From positions 1 to 48,961 of the IMG/VR virus record IMGVR_UViG_3300032280_000731: DNA of 48,961 bases. The stretch is one strand, 5' to 3'. The position numbers and the translations under genes were made by a program. Position 1 is the first letter of the stretch. Every line of letters starts with the position of its first letter. This document shows, in pieces, positions 26,690-36,781 of this stretch. The stretch comes from a virus. Lineage: Duplodnaviria > Caudoviricetes. The notes beneath the pieces were generated by a model. The model was not told the origin of the DNA. It worked only from the letters and a program-made list of their open reading frames with translations, and made no database searches.

Positions 26690-26729
26690 TCCGTTAGCGA
26701 GATATTTAAACAAGAAATAGAGTTGTAAT

Positions 26730-29291
26730 ATGCCAATAGATTTTAGAGCATCACAAATACAGACAAATAAAATAATAAGTTCTGGTAGCACCGGAACACC
26801 CACGGGTGCTCGTTTAGTTGTCTATCCTCATACCGCTGACGATGGAACAGCTCCAAATCAAGGCTTTATAAATCAATCTGTATTCATTACCAGCAGTATT
26901 GGAACAGATATATTCTTATATGTTTCCGGAGGTATCGGACAGCGTAACGTCGGTGGTGCTCAATCTATTACATGTTTCGGCGGCGATGTTCATATATCTG
27001 GAAATCTTACCGTAGGTGGAACTTCCCCATCTGGTGGTAGTGGAACAAATTTCTTTTGGTCGCCATCTGGTGCTCCACCGCAGATTGAGGCTTCTGGTTC
27101 ATTAGCTATTACTGGTTCTGGTTATTTCAAAGGTGGACTTTCTGGTTCTTTACAGCAAATCTCTCCAGGTGTTCCTTATCTTCTTGCAGGACCAAATATA
27201 ACAATAGCTACTAACTCTCTTGGACAAGTTTCAATAACTGGAAGTGCTGCTGGTGGGGGTGGTTCATCCTTCTATCGTTTAGAAGTTCTTGATTATTATT
27301 CTACAAACGCCACCTCTGATACAACTGCTGGACAAGTTATATTCCCAGCTAATCAGTTTACCGGTTCTATAGTTCTTTATGGCGTTATAGCTAACAGTAG
27401 TGCAACTGCAACAGGTAGCGTAAGATTGTATAACGTTACAAGCGGATCATATGTTGATATTGGTGGCATTGGTAATCAATATCTTTCAGTTAGCGGAACA
27501 ACTCCAACTATCGTTAGTTCTGTCAATCTTATATCTGCAAGTAACTTCAACAGTTCTTCTCAGGCAATATACGAACTTCAAGTTTCTTCCAGTAACGGCG
27601 CTTCTTATGGTTTCTTTGGCGGATTTGAACTTAGACCATCTGGCAGTTTCACAGGAATATCTTACATTACTTCTTCTACGTATTACACATACGTATCTGG
27701 AACATGGGAAGACGGTGGAAATAAGTTGGCTACAACTTCATCTGTTGCTATAGCGGGAAATCTTGGAACTGGATACTTTGCCGATGCTGTTGGGGCAGAC
27801 GTATATTTCTTTGTTTCCGGTTCTTCTGGAAGTAAAGATAGCGCAACTCCTGGCGTATCGGTATTTGGCGGTGACGTTGTAATATCTGGTGTTCTTCATG
27901 GTGGTTCTCCATTAAAAATAGGTTCTCCAGCTAAATTCTTCCAAGGTCTTTCTGGTTCTATAACAACATTAACAGACGGATCTCCATTGTTCATTGGGGT
28001 TGGTGGAGTTAGTATATCAACCAATTCTCTTGGTCAAATAGCTATTACAGGTTCTGCTGGCGGCAATTCTTTGCAAGACGCTTATAATGGTGGTTCTACA
28101 GTTGGATTAGTTACTGCCAGCGGCTCTATAACTTTTTCTGGAAATATTGGTGCAGGAAACTCCTTGTTAAAATTGGTTCCTACAGAAACTACAGAGCCAG
28201 CACTTGATGTAATGGATACAACCAACACCCGTAATATGCTTCATATTCACGGCATAGACAGTTTGTTTGGTGGAGCAGGAATACAATTAAGAACAAATGG
28301 AGGATTAACCAGTTATATAGGATTTAAAAATGGAAGCAGCACTTTGAATAGTGGCAATGCTCCCGAAGCTAAATTATATTATGATGATGGTGCTAAAAAG
28401 TTAATTCTTGTATCTAAGCAAGGTAGCGGGGGTTCTACTGTCATTGAAGACGGTGGCGCATATGGTGGAGAGCTATTAACAGCAAAGAATGCAGCAAACT
28501 CAGGAGAAGGAACAATTAATCTTCTTCCCTTAAAACCAAACGGATATGTAATAAATTCCGGTTCATTGGAACAATCTGGTTCCGCTTCATTCAAGAATAA
28601 AGTAGAAATAAGTTCCAGCCTATCACAAGGATATAGTGCAGTTACATACGGAAAATATGCTCATGCTCAAGGACGTGAAACAACCGCTGGTGGAGACTAT
28701 TCTCATGCAGAAGGTTATCAAACTGTTGCATCAGGAACATATTCTCACGCAGAAGGAATAGGAACAATTGCTTCCGGAAGCGGTCAAACTGTTATTGGCT
28801 CTTATAATCTTGAGGGCAATAATACTTCTTTGTTCGTTATCGGTGATGGCAAATTTGTTATAACTCAAGCTTATAGAGGAGATATAGTAAGAGTTAATAA
28901 AGGCTCTAATCCAGGTACTGGCATTGTAGAGATAACCGGTTCATTATCTATAAGTGGATCCGGTGGAGATGCTGGGACATTAAATCAATATAATGGTCTT
29001 CGTTATTATCCTAAGATAGTTACAACACTTCCATATACTGCTTCTCTTAATGATTATATAATAGCCGTAAGTGCATCAACCGGCGTCGGTGTTGCTTTAC
29101 CTTCTACATCTGAATTTGGCAGAACATTTATTGTTAAAGATGTTAGTGGTTCAGCAGGGCAAAATTTGTTAACGATTACCGCAGCGAGCGGCGAATTAAT
29201 TGATGGTTCTCCAAGTGCCATAATAGCTATTGATTATGGTTCCGCTAAATTTGTCTATTTTGGTTCTGGAAGAGGCTGGGGAGTAGTCTGA
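26730..29291 (+). CDS. Gly/Ser-rich tail fibre/adhesin with YadA-head-like SHAEG repeats
   Basis: Many SGS/TGS motifs, internal duplications and 14-aa YSHAEG repeats. Confidence 0.75.
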   Translation: MPIDFRASQIQTNKIISSGSTGTPTGARLVVYPHTADDGTAPNQGFINQSVFITSSIGTDIFLYVSGGIGQRNVGGAQSITCFGGDVHISGNLTVGGTSPSGGSGTNFFWSPSGAPPQIEASGSLAITGSGYFKGGLSGSLQQISPGVPYLLAGPNITIATNSLGQVSITGSAAGGGGSSFYRLEVLDYYSTNATSDTTAGQVIFPANQFTGSIVLYGVIANSSATATGSVRLYNVTSGSYVDIGGIGNQYLSVSGTTPTIVSSVNLISASNFNSSSQAIYELQVSSSNGASYGFFGGFELRPSGSFTGISYITSSTYYTYVSGTWEDGGNKLATTSSVAIAGNLGTGYFADAVGADVYFFVSGSSGSKDSATPGVSVFGGDVVISGVLHGGSPLKIGSPAKFFQGLSGSITTLTDGSPLFIGVGGVSISTNSLGQIAITGSAGGNSLQDAYNGGSTVGLVTASGSITFSGNIGAGNSLLKLVPTETTEPALDVMDTTNTRNMLHIHGIDSLFGGAGIQLRTNGGLTSYIGFKNGSSTLNSGNAPEAKLYYDDGAKKLILVSKQGSGGSTVIEDGGAYGGELLTAKNAANSGEGTINLLPLKPNGYVINSGSLEQSGSASFKNKVEISSSLSQGYSAVTYGKYAHAQGRETTAGGDYSHAEGYQTVASGTYSHAEGIGTIASGSGQTVIGSYNLEGNNTSLFVIGDGKFVITQAYRGDIVRVNKGSNPGTGIVEITGSLSISGSGGDAGTLNQYNGLRYYPKIVTTLPYTASLNDYIIAVSASTGVGVALPSTSEFGRTFIVKDVSGSAGQNLLTITAASGELIDGSPSAIIAIDYGSAKFVYFGSGRGWGVV

Positions 29292-30277
29292 TGCAGATAT
29301 TTTCTTATTTATCAAAGATTGCATCAAGTGGCTCTCTTCTTTCTTGGGATGGAACCAAGATTGCAGCCTCCAAGGGCATTATACATAACCCGGAAAAGGA
29401 TGAGACGACCATAGGTGGCTCTCTATCCGTTGAAAAGGCTATAAGGGTTTCTGGAGGCGTTCAAGTAGCCGATGGAACACCTTATGTTGTTGCTGGAGAA
29501 AACGTGGATATTAGCCCGGCTATATCCGGAGCAATAGAAATATCTGCAAAATCTCAATCACCAGTTCTGTGGCGATGGAATGAAAAAGATGCATCACAGT
29601 TTACTATTAACTGCGATACAATAGGAACCGGTTCTATATCTGCAATCAATACTTCTTGGGGAAAAGCAATAAGAGTTGACTTCCGAGAAAATATAAGCGA
29701 AGGAATATTTGCTTTTTCTATTAATGATTTAAATTTGCAACTTGATGATTTGAATAGATATCGATATGTTTTGAGATTTAGATTATGTAACTTTTCTGGT
29801 TCTCCAAAAGAATGGACAGGTATTGGATCTACATTTTTAGCTAATACTGAGACTAATGAAAAATATTATGGCTTAGGAAGCGTTTGTTATTTTAATTCTC
29901 AACAAATAAAAGCAATAAAAGTTGAAGCCGGTTCAGTTTCTATTGGCAAATATACTCCAACAGGTCCAAGAGTTACATTAACGTCACAATATGGAAGACC
30001 AATAACAAACTTTGAACATGAAGTTGTTTCTTTGATAACCAGGAAATCTATTGGCTTCCAGAATACATGGAAAATCGTAAATTCAACTTCTATTCTTAAT
30101 GGCACAACGGGCTTAGATGATAGCTATTATACTGCCGAATTCGGAGGCTTCAAAGGAGAGTGGGCAAATCAAAAACTAAACTCTTGCGGAATTGTTATAA
30201 TGGCAGCTACTGGCAATAGTCAAGCTTATTTTGATATTGACTGTATAGAAGTTACTAAGCATCTTATGGATTGGTGA
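29291..30277 (+). CDS. probable fibre-associated virion protein
   Basis: Shares the DGTPYVVAGENVDIS module with 26730; TGATG coupling. Confidence 0.65.
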   Translation: MQIFSYLSKIASSGSLLSWDGTKIAASKGIIHNPEKDETTIGGSLSVEKAIRVSGGVQVADGTPYVVAGENVDISPAISGAIEISAKSQSPVLWRWNEKDASQFTINCDTIGTGSISAINTSWGKAIRVDFRENISEGIFAFSINDLNLQLDDLNRYRYVLRFRLCNFSGSPKEWTGIGSTFLANTETNEKYYGLGSVCYFNSQQIKAIKVEAGSVSIGKYTPTGPRVTLTSQYGRPITNFEHEVVSLITRKSIGFQNTWKIVNSTSILNGTTGLDDSYYTAEFGGFKGEWANQKLNSCGIVIMAATGNSQAYFDIDCIEVTKHLMDW

Positions 30278-30281
30278 TTAA

Positions 30282-31280
30282 ATGTCTTTCTTAGGTAGAC
30301 CAAATATAAGCGGTTCTGTTCTTGTTTGGGACGGCGACAAGCTTTTATCTGATAGAAAGGTCATTAATTTACAAAACGCCTATGAAAATGAAAGATTTAT
30401 TCAATTGGCTGATACGATCTGCTTAATTGGAGATCCTCTAATTTCAGAACCAAAACTTGATTTAGTTCATACTTCTCCGTTTGAAGATGATGAAGGATTA
30501 AGATTAACAACAGCTCCAAATGCTTCCGCCACTTCTTGGAAAGGCATTGCCGGTTATGATAGAAACTCCAGGAAAGTATTCGAAGTTGAACTTGACACTA
30601 ATACTTCATACGTTGCAGTAACATCTAATAATCCAGATGGTAATAGCGGATATCAATTTATTAATGAACTTGGAACGTTTTTAGCATTAGATACCACTTC
30701 ATCACCTACCAGCTTAAGAATTCAAAAAGCTGATAACGGTTATATAGATTTTGGTGGAAATACCGTTACTGATCCAATCTTAAGAATTAATACAACCGCA
30801 TATGCCTCTTCTGTCAATGTTGGAACACATGGCTCTACAAAGATATTAAATGTCAATGGTATGGACATAACTCCATATAGCGGTAGCCTTATTGTCCCAA
30901 TTGGCTCCATCGACAATTATACCTTGTTAAATCTCTTTACAAAATTAGAAGATGATCAATATGCAACGTTTAATATCGATATTTTTGGCAGCACCATTGA
31001 AATCCCATCATACGATGTTGTTGCAACTGGTACTTGGAAGCTTTTAGTTTCCATGTTTAGGCACAATAACAATGTCACAGTAACCGGAGTTACTGAATTA
31101 GATATGCAACACCATGCCGGGACACAAGCTTCTGATATTCCAAGTTCTTGGAATGTAGATGTAAGTTCTAATGGTTTGTTATTTGTTAATGCCAAGGGTT
31201 CTCAATACAAAGTCGCATTCGGTGCCGTAATTACAAAACTCTCCGTTCTCGATATTTTATTAGGAAATGTTATCAAATAA
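30282..31280 (+). CDS. probable fibre-associated virion protein
   Basis: N-terminal SGSVLVWDG resembles 29291; LQNAY resembles 26730. Confidence 0.65.
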   Translation: MSFLGRPNISGSVLVWDGDKLLSDRKVINLQNAYENERFIQLADTICLIGDPLISEPKLDLVHTSPFEDDEGLRLTTAPNASATSWKGIAGYDRNSRKVFEVELDTNTSYVAVTSNNPDGNSGYQFINELGTFLALDTTSSPTSLRIQKADNGYIDFGGNTVTDPILRINTTAYASSVNVGTHGSTKILNVNGMDITPYSGSLIVPIGSIDNYTLLNLFTKLEDDQYATFNIDIFGSTIEIPSYDVVATGTWKLLVSMFRHNNNVTVTGVTELDMQHHAGTQASDIPSSWNVDVSSNGLLFVNAKGSQYKVAFGAVITKLSVLDILLGNVIK

Positions 31281-31314
31281 TATACCTGAATATCGAGATA
31301 ATCCTGTTTGGAGA

Positions 31315-31395
31315 ATATAATTATAATCGGGGTTCTCCTTATCTGGTTGGCGTGGTGCTTTCCAGTAAGGCACGGAACTACCCAAATCAGGAGAA
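31315..31395 (+). promoter_or_regulatory. putative late promoter plus structured leader
   Basis: ATATAATTATAAT followed by a long hairpin (31329-31383) containing TTCTCCT, which is complementary to the SD AGGAGAA (31389-31395). Confidence 0.5.
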
Positions 31396-31404
31396 AATAA
31401 AATT

Positions 31405-34400
31405 ATGGCATCAAATCCAATCTTAGTATCAGCTTTCAATTTTTATGGAAGTGGTACATCTATCGAGCTTCAAGAAAATGGCGTTAACGTTGTTGTTGCC
31501 GCTGGCGGAACAGTAACTTTTGCAGGTACACCATACACAGTATCAACTGTAGCTGGTAATTCAATGCTATTTCTGGGATACGTTGGTGGCGGCAGCATGA
31601 TCGTAGGATCTGCGGTCACTGTTCAACAACCAGCAGCAGCAGGCGCTTCAGTTGTTGAAAAGAAGTTCGTTCAACAAAATGATGGCGCTCTCGGCGGCAG
31701 CTTAACAGACCTACGTGCAACCTCTATTGAAGTTGCAGCCGGTGGCAACATTGACATGGGTGGAAATCAAATCCACAACGTCGCAGAAGGCACAGCGCAA
31801 GACGACGTAGTAGTCGTTTCCCAATTGAGCGCAGCAGTTTCTTCTATTACTGCTGACGTTGATATGGTTGCAAGCGACCTATCAGACGAAATTGATCGTG
31901 CAACAGCAGCAGAAGCTTCTCTTGCTTCTGGACTATCCACAGAAATAGCAGCACGTGAAGCAGCAGTTTCTAACGAAGCTTCCCTCCGTGCATCAGCAGT
32001 AGCATCTCTCGCAACAGTAGTATCTACAGCAGACGCATCCCTTGCTTCCGATCTCTCCACAGAGATTGCAAATCGTCAAGCGGCAGTTTCTAATGAAGCT
32101 TCCCTCCGTGTAGCTGGTGATTCATCAGTTCTCGCAGCAGCGGCAGGTTACACCGATCAAAAGATAACTGACCTTATCGGCGGCGCACCAGGATTGCTTG
32201 ATACGCTTGGTGAACTTGCAGCAGCTATCGGCAATGACGAGAGCTTCTCTGTTACAGTTGCAAATAATATCGCAACTGCAAAATCGGAAATTGCTGCCGC
32301 AGTATCTACTGAAGTTGTAAGAGCAACATCAGCAGAAGGTTCCCTTGGATCAGCCCTTTCCTCTGAAGCTTCAAGAGCAGTTGCTGTTGAAGGTTCTCTT
32401 AACACAGCACTCGCTTCTGAAATCTCAAGAGCACAATCTGCCGAAGTATCCGCTTATCAAGCGGCTGCTGATTACGCAGAACAACTTGTCGATAACGAAG
32501 CTTCATTACGTGTAGCTGGCGATGCTTCTATTGTAACTGTAATGAATGCAGCCGATGCTTCCCTTGCGGCTCAAATCTCTACAGAGATTGTTGACCGTGC
32601 AGCAGCAGTTTCTAACGAAGCCTCCCTTCGTGTAGCCGCTGATGCATCTCTTACAACAAGACTTTCTACTGAAGAATTAGCACTTGCTTCTGAGACATCA
32701 AGAGCAACATCAGCAGAAGCTTCTCTTACAACAAGACTTTCTACTGAAGAAGTAACTCGTTTCAACGCAATCGCAGCAGAAGCTTCTTCTCGTATTGCTG
32801 GTGATAGCTCTCTTGCAACACTTATTGCTGCTGAAATTTCTAACGAAGTAGCTAATCGTGAAGCAGATGTAAACGCAGAAGAGTCAAGAGCATTGCTTGC
32901 TGAAGAAGCCCTTGATAGCTACATCGATTCTGAAGTCTCTAATCGTCTAGCAGCAGTAGCAGCAGAAGAATCAGCTCGCATTGCAGGTGACGCTTCTCTT
33001 GAAACCCGCCTCTCTACTGAAGAAGTAGCTCGTGGTTCTGCAATCGCAGCAGAAGCATCTACACGTCTTGCTGCTGATCAATCCCTTAATACAGCACTTG
33101 AAGCTGAAGTTTCAGCACGTGCTTCAGAAATACTCGCTCTTAGCGACGTATATGTCAACGTTTCCGGCGACACAATGACCGGTCAACTTACCCTTGACAT
33201 TGTAGATGATCCAGACCTTGGCAAGACATACATCAACGCAGGCTACATCCGTATTGAAGATCCAAACGGTGGAGCAGCAATGCCAACAGCTCTTGCACAC
33301 GTTGTAAACAAGGCATATGTCGATCAAGAAGTAGCATCAGAAGCTTCTCTTCGCATTGTTGGCGACGAGTCTCTTGAAGCTGAACTTTCCACCCAAATGT
33401 CTACAGAAGTATCCAACCGCATTGCTGGCGATCTTTCCGTAGCTGCTGATCTCGCCACAGAGACACAACGTGCAATGGGCGCTGAAGCTTCTCTTGCTTC
33501 TAATCTCTCAACAGAAGTTGCAGATCGCATTGCAGCAGTATCTACCGAAGCTTCTCTTCGTGTAGTTGGCGATGCATCCCTTGCTTCTGACCTTGCAGAC
33601 GAAGCAACTGCACGCACAAACGCAGATAACTCTCTTGCAACCAACATTTCTACTGAAAAGGCACGTGTTGATGCAATCCTTCTTGCAGCAGACGCAGACA
33701 AGGACAGCTTCGCAGAAATCGTTTCCTTGATCAACTCCGTTGATACAACAAACGACACAGCATTTGCTAACTACGTCCTTGCAAACAACTCCGCTCTCGC
33801 AGCAGAAGTTTCCAGAGCAGAAGCAGCAGAGGGCTCACTTAACTCTGCACTTTCTTCTGAAATCTCTCGTGCAACAGCAGCAGAAGATGCTATCGCAGCA
33901 AATCTTTCTTCTGAAATCGTTGCTCGTGCTTCTGATGTAGACGCAGAAGAATCCCGTGCAATTGCAGCAGAAGGCTCTCTCACAACAAGACTTTCCGCAG
34001 AGGAATCTACACGTCTTGCTGGAGACAACTCTCTTGCAACAGCACTTTCTACACAAATGTCCTCTGAGGCTTCCTCACGTGTAGCTGGTGATTCTTCTCT
34101 TGCAGTAGCACTTTCTGCTGAAGTTTACAGAGCAGAAGCTGCTGAAGACTATCTTGATGGTCTAATCGCTGCTGAAACACAAAATCGTATTGACGGAGAC
34201 AACTCTCTTGCAACGCTTATTGCTACAGAGCAAAATCGTGCAGAAACAGTAGAAATGTCTCTTGCAACACGTATCTCTACTGAAGAAGTAGCCCGTGCTA
34301 ATGGTGATGCATCAGTTATCGTTCTAATGAACGCAGCAGATGCTTCTATCGCAGCAAATCTCTCCACAGAGATTGCTGATCGTATTGCGGCTGTATCTGG

Positions 34401-35280
34401 CGAAGCATCTCTTCGTGTAGCTGCTGACGCATCTATCTCCTTGGTAATGTCAACGGCAGATGCATCTCTTGCAACAGCAATCTCCACGGAACAAAATCGT
34501 GCAGAAACAGCAGAGCTTTCTCTTGGAACTGCAATTTCCAACGAAGAATCCAGAGCAATCGCAGCAGAACTTTCTCTTTCTGACAGCAAGTATGACAAGA
34601 CCGGCGGCACAATCTCTGGCAACGTATACGTTACCGGCGATATGCAAGTTGACGGTTATGTCTCACTTCCAGGTGCAAATTTTGATCCATCAGGTCCAAT
34701 CGATTTCGTCCCAGCAAATGGCGTAATGAACATTGACGTTTCTAATGGTGGATTGAACGTAACCGGTGATATGAGCGTTGTTGGCAACATCTCCGCTCAA
34801 AACATCGGCGGCGTAGAGCTTACACTATCCGGTCTTGCAACAATGCAAGGTGGTATGGTAGTAACCGGTTCCGCTAACTTCGGCGGCGACGTTGTAATGG
34901 GTGGCGTTAACGTCAAGCCAGTAGTTACAGTTGTTGAAACCTCTGGCGCAGGCGATTACGAAGACATTGCAACAATGTTTGATGATCTCGCTGGCTTCAG
35001 CGGTATGGTCATGGCTAACTTCCAAGTTGTCGCTGATGGCGGCTTCAAGGGTATGGCTGGCGAATACCGTGTATCAGCACAATGCAACGGCGGTCAATTG
35101 CTTGTCCTTTCCGTAGTAGAACTTGCACAAGATCTACTTGGTGGTGCAATGCTCGACGTTAACTTCCTTACCGATGGTAAGGTAAGAGTAATGAACGACG
35201 GACAAGAAAGCGGAACCTACAAGTGGCACGTTCAACGTGTCAAGATGGTTGCTGTCAACACGTCTGGCGCAGTTAAGTGA
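31405..35280 (+). CDS. long trimeric coiled-coil fibre protein (1291 aa)
   Basis: Many E..RA..AE.SL and E...R...D.SL repeats; YadA-neck-like IHNVAEGT…DVVVVSQL; tail-fibre motif GAPGLLDTLGELAAAIGND. Confidence 0.85.
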   Translation: MASNPILVSAFNFYGSGTSIELQENGVNVVVAAGGTVTFAGTPYTVSTVAGNSMLFLGYVGGGSMIVGSAVTVQQPAAAGASVVEKKFVQQNDGALGGSLTDLRATSIEVAAGGNIDMGGNQIHNVAEGTAQDDVVVVSQLSAAVSSITADVDMVASDLSDEIDRATAAEASLASGLSTEIAAREAAVSNEASLRASAVASLATVVSTADASLASDLSTEIANRQAAVSNEASLRVAGDSSVLAAAAGYTDQKITDLIGGAPGLLDTLGELAAAIGNDESFSVTVANNIATAKSEIAAAVSTEVVRATSAEGSLGSALSSEASRAVAVEGSLNTALASEISRAQSAEVSAYQAAADYAEQLVDNEASLRVAGDASIVTVMNAADASLAAQISTEIVDRAAAVSNEASLRVAADASLTTRLSTEELALASETSRATSAEASLTTRLSTEEVTRFNAIAAEASSRIAGDSSLATLIAAEISNEVANREADVNAEESRALLAEEALDSYIDSEVSNRLAAVAAEESARIAGDASLETRLSTEEVARGSAIAAEASTRLAADQSLNTALEAEVSARASEILALSDVYVNVSGDTMTGQLTLDIVDDPDLGKTYINAGYIRIEDPNGGAAMPTALAHVVNKAYVDQEVASEASLRIVGDESLEAELSTQMSTEVSNRIAGDLSVAADLATETQRAMGAEASLASNLSTEVADRIAAVSTEASLRVVGDASLASDLADEATARTNADNSLATNISTEKARVDAILLAADADKDSFAEIVSLINSVDTTNDTAFANYVLANNSALAAEVSRAEAAEGSLNSALSSEISRATAAEDAIAANLSSEIVARASDVDAEESRAIAAEGSLTTRLSAEESTRLAGDNSLATALSTQMSSEASSRVAGDSSLAVALSAEVYRAEAAEDYLDGLIAAETQNRIDGDNSLATLIATEQNRAETVEMSLATRISTEEVARANGDASVIVLMNAADASIAANLSTEIADRIAAVSGEASLRVAADASISLVMSTADASLATAISTEQNRAETAELSLGTAISNEESRAIAAELSLSDSKYDKTGGTISGNVYVTGDMQVDGYVSLPGANFDPSGPIDFVPANGVMNIDVSNGGLNVTGDMSVVGNISAQNIGGVELTLSGLATMQGGMVVTGSANFGGDVVMGGVNVKPVVTVVETSGAGDYEDIATMFDDLAGFSGMVMANFQVVADGGFKGMAGEYRVSAQCNGGQLLVLSVVELAQDLLGGAMLDVNFLTDGKVRVMNDGQESGTYKWHVQRVKMVAVNTSGAVK

Positions 35281-35324
35281 TAATCTAAGCTATTAGGGTT
35301 AATCCTTAATAACTAAATAATCGG

Positions 35325-35359
35325 TATCGGGGGGTAGCAATATCCCCCGATATTTTTTT
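35325..35359 (+). terminator. intrinsic terminator
   Basis: TATCGGGGGGTA-GCAA-TATCCCCCGATA followed by a T7 run. Confidence 0.85.
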
Positions 35360-35473
35360 GCTTACTATACATTGTATATAATGTTATAGAGTTAATCTAT
35401 ATGTAGTGTTGTGGAACCCTACCAATTAGAAGAGGGTATATAACCTAACTGGTATCCTCTATACCAGTAGAGT

Positions 35474-36667
35474 ATGGACAAACAGACTATTAAGAACTTT
35501 ATCATATCTAATGAACTTTATCTTTTGCCACTACAGTCGGCAAAGGACGGTAAATGCACGTGTGGCAACGTATCATGTAGTTCTCCAGGTAAACACCCCT
35601 TATTGAGATATTCATGGAAGCATGTAGCTACTAACGATCCTCATAAGATTGAAAAGTGGTTAGGAATGGAGAATATCAATTATGGTGTAGCTACTGGAAG
35701 AAAGACCAGTAATGGCAACAGACTATTTGTTATTGATATAGACGCCGCAGATCATCCCCTATTAAGTTTAATGCCCCGAGAAACATTTCATTACAGGACG
35801 GGGAGTGGTGGGTGGCATTTCTGGTTTCAGACGCCTTATAATGTCTCTAATAGCGCCAGCAAGATAGCTCCAAAGGTAGATGTGAGAGGTTATGGTGGGT
35901 ATGTTGTTATCCCTCCCAGCCGTCATATTTCTGGAGGTGTATATACTGCCGACTTTGCTAATGGCATTCAGATTGCAAGCAAATATATATTAGATTTGAT
36001 ATTTTCAAAGGAGAAACGTCAACCGAAAGTTAAAAAAACAAGGGAAGTTCAAAATTTAAATTTGGGCGACCCAATTTTATTGAATGAAAACAACAATTTA
36101 CAAGAATGGACCAAAGGCTCCATTACTCAAATACGCACGTGGTTGCTTGATGGTAAATATATTCCAAATGGAGCTCGTAACATAGTTCTTCACAGATTGT
36201 TGTCGTCGGACAGAGCCAGAGGATTTAACCTAACAGATTTAAAGAAATCGGCGGCTGTATATCGTTCACATTGCGTTAATTCTGATAATATCTCAGATAG
36301 AGAACTAAACGTCTTAATTGGGCAAGTAATCAAATATCCAACATATAATACTTCATATGATAAGGTTAATGAAGCTTTCTTTGATGCAATGAAGAGAGCA
36401 AAGAAGCCTGTATCAGAGGATAAACAGGAACTTATTAAAGATTTAGATAAGAAGTTTTTTAATAGTCTTAAGAGAACTGATGAAGGAATGCCATTAACTC
36501 TTCTTATAGCAGAAAGAGATAAAATATTGGCTGACAATTTGGATAAGTTTAGTAAATATCCTCAACATTTATTTGCGGCTAAATTGAAATCTCTTGGGTT
36601 TGAGAGATATAGAACTGCAAAGGGAAACTTCTGGAATTGCATTGCGAATTCCCAACAACAAATATGA
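35474..36667 (+). CDS. bifunctional DNA primase/polymerase (Prim-Pol) with PriCT-like region
   Basis: CTCG…C..PGKHP, NYGVATG, VIDID, TGSGGWH, DVRGYGGYVVIPPS and GARN. Confidence 0.88.
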   Translation: MDKQTIKNFIISNELYLLPLQSAKDGKCTCGNVSCSSPGKHPLLRYSWKHVATNDPHKIEKWLGMENINYGVATGRKTSNGNRLFVIDIDAADHPLLSLMPRETFHYRTGSGGWHFWFQTPYNVSNSASKIAPKVDVRGYGGYVVIPPSRHISGGVYTADFANGIQIASKYILDLIFSKEKRQPKVKKTREVQNLNLGDPILLNENNNLQEWTKGSITQIRTWLLDGKYIPNGARNIVLHRLLSSDRARGFNLTDLKKSAAVYRSHCVNSDNISDRELNVLIGQVIKYPTYNTSYDKVNEAFFDAMKRAKKPVSEDKQELIKDLDKKFFNSLKRTDEGMPLTLLIAERDKILADNLDKFSKYPQHLFAAKLKSLGFERYRTAKGNFWNCIANSQQQI

Positions 36668-36781
36668 AAGAAAAATATATTGATAATAGTCAAGCTGCTT
36701 CTATTAATCTGTTGCAAAGAATATAATTATAATATGGGGGCATAGTGCTCCTAAAATTTTGCAACGATATAGGAGAATATT

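Noticed and set aside
31860-34590. Possible CRISPR-like repeat array
   Set aside because: The repeats are in-frame, degenerate at third codon positions and encode coiled-coil units; there is no repeat-spacer structure.
31767-34622. Multiple antisense ORFs within the fibre gene
   Set aside because: These are shadows of biased, repetitive Ala/Ser/Glu codon usage on the sense strand.
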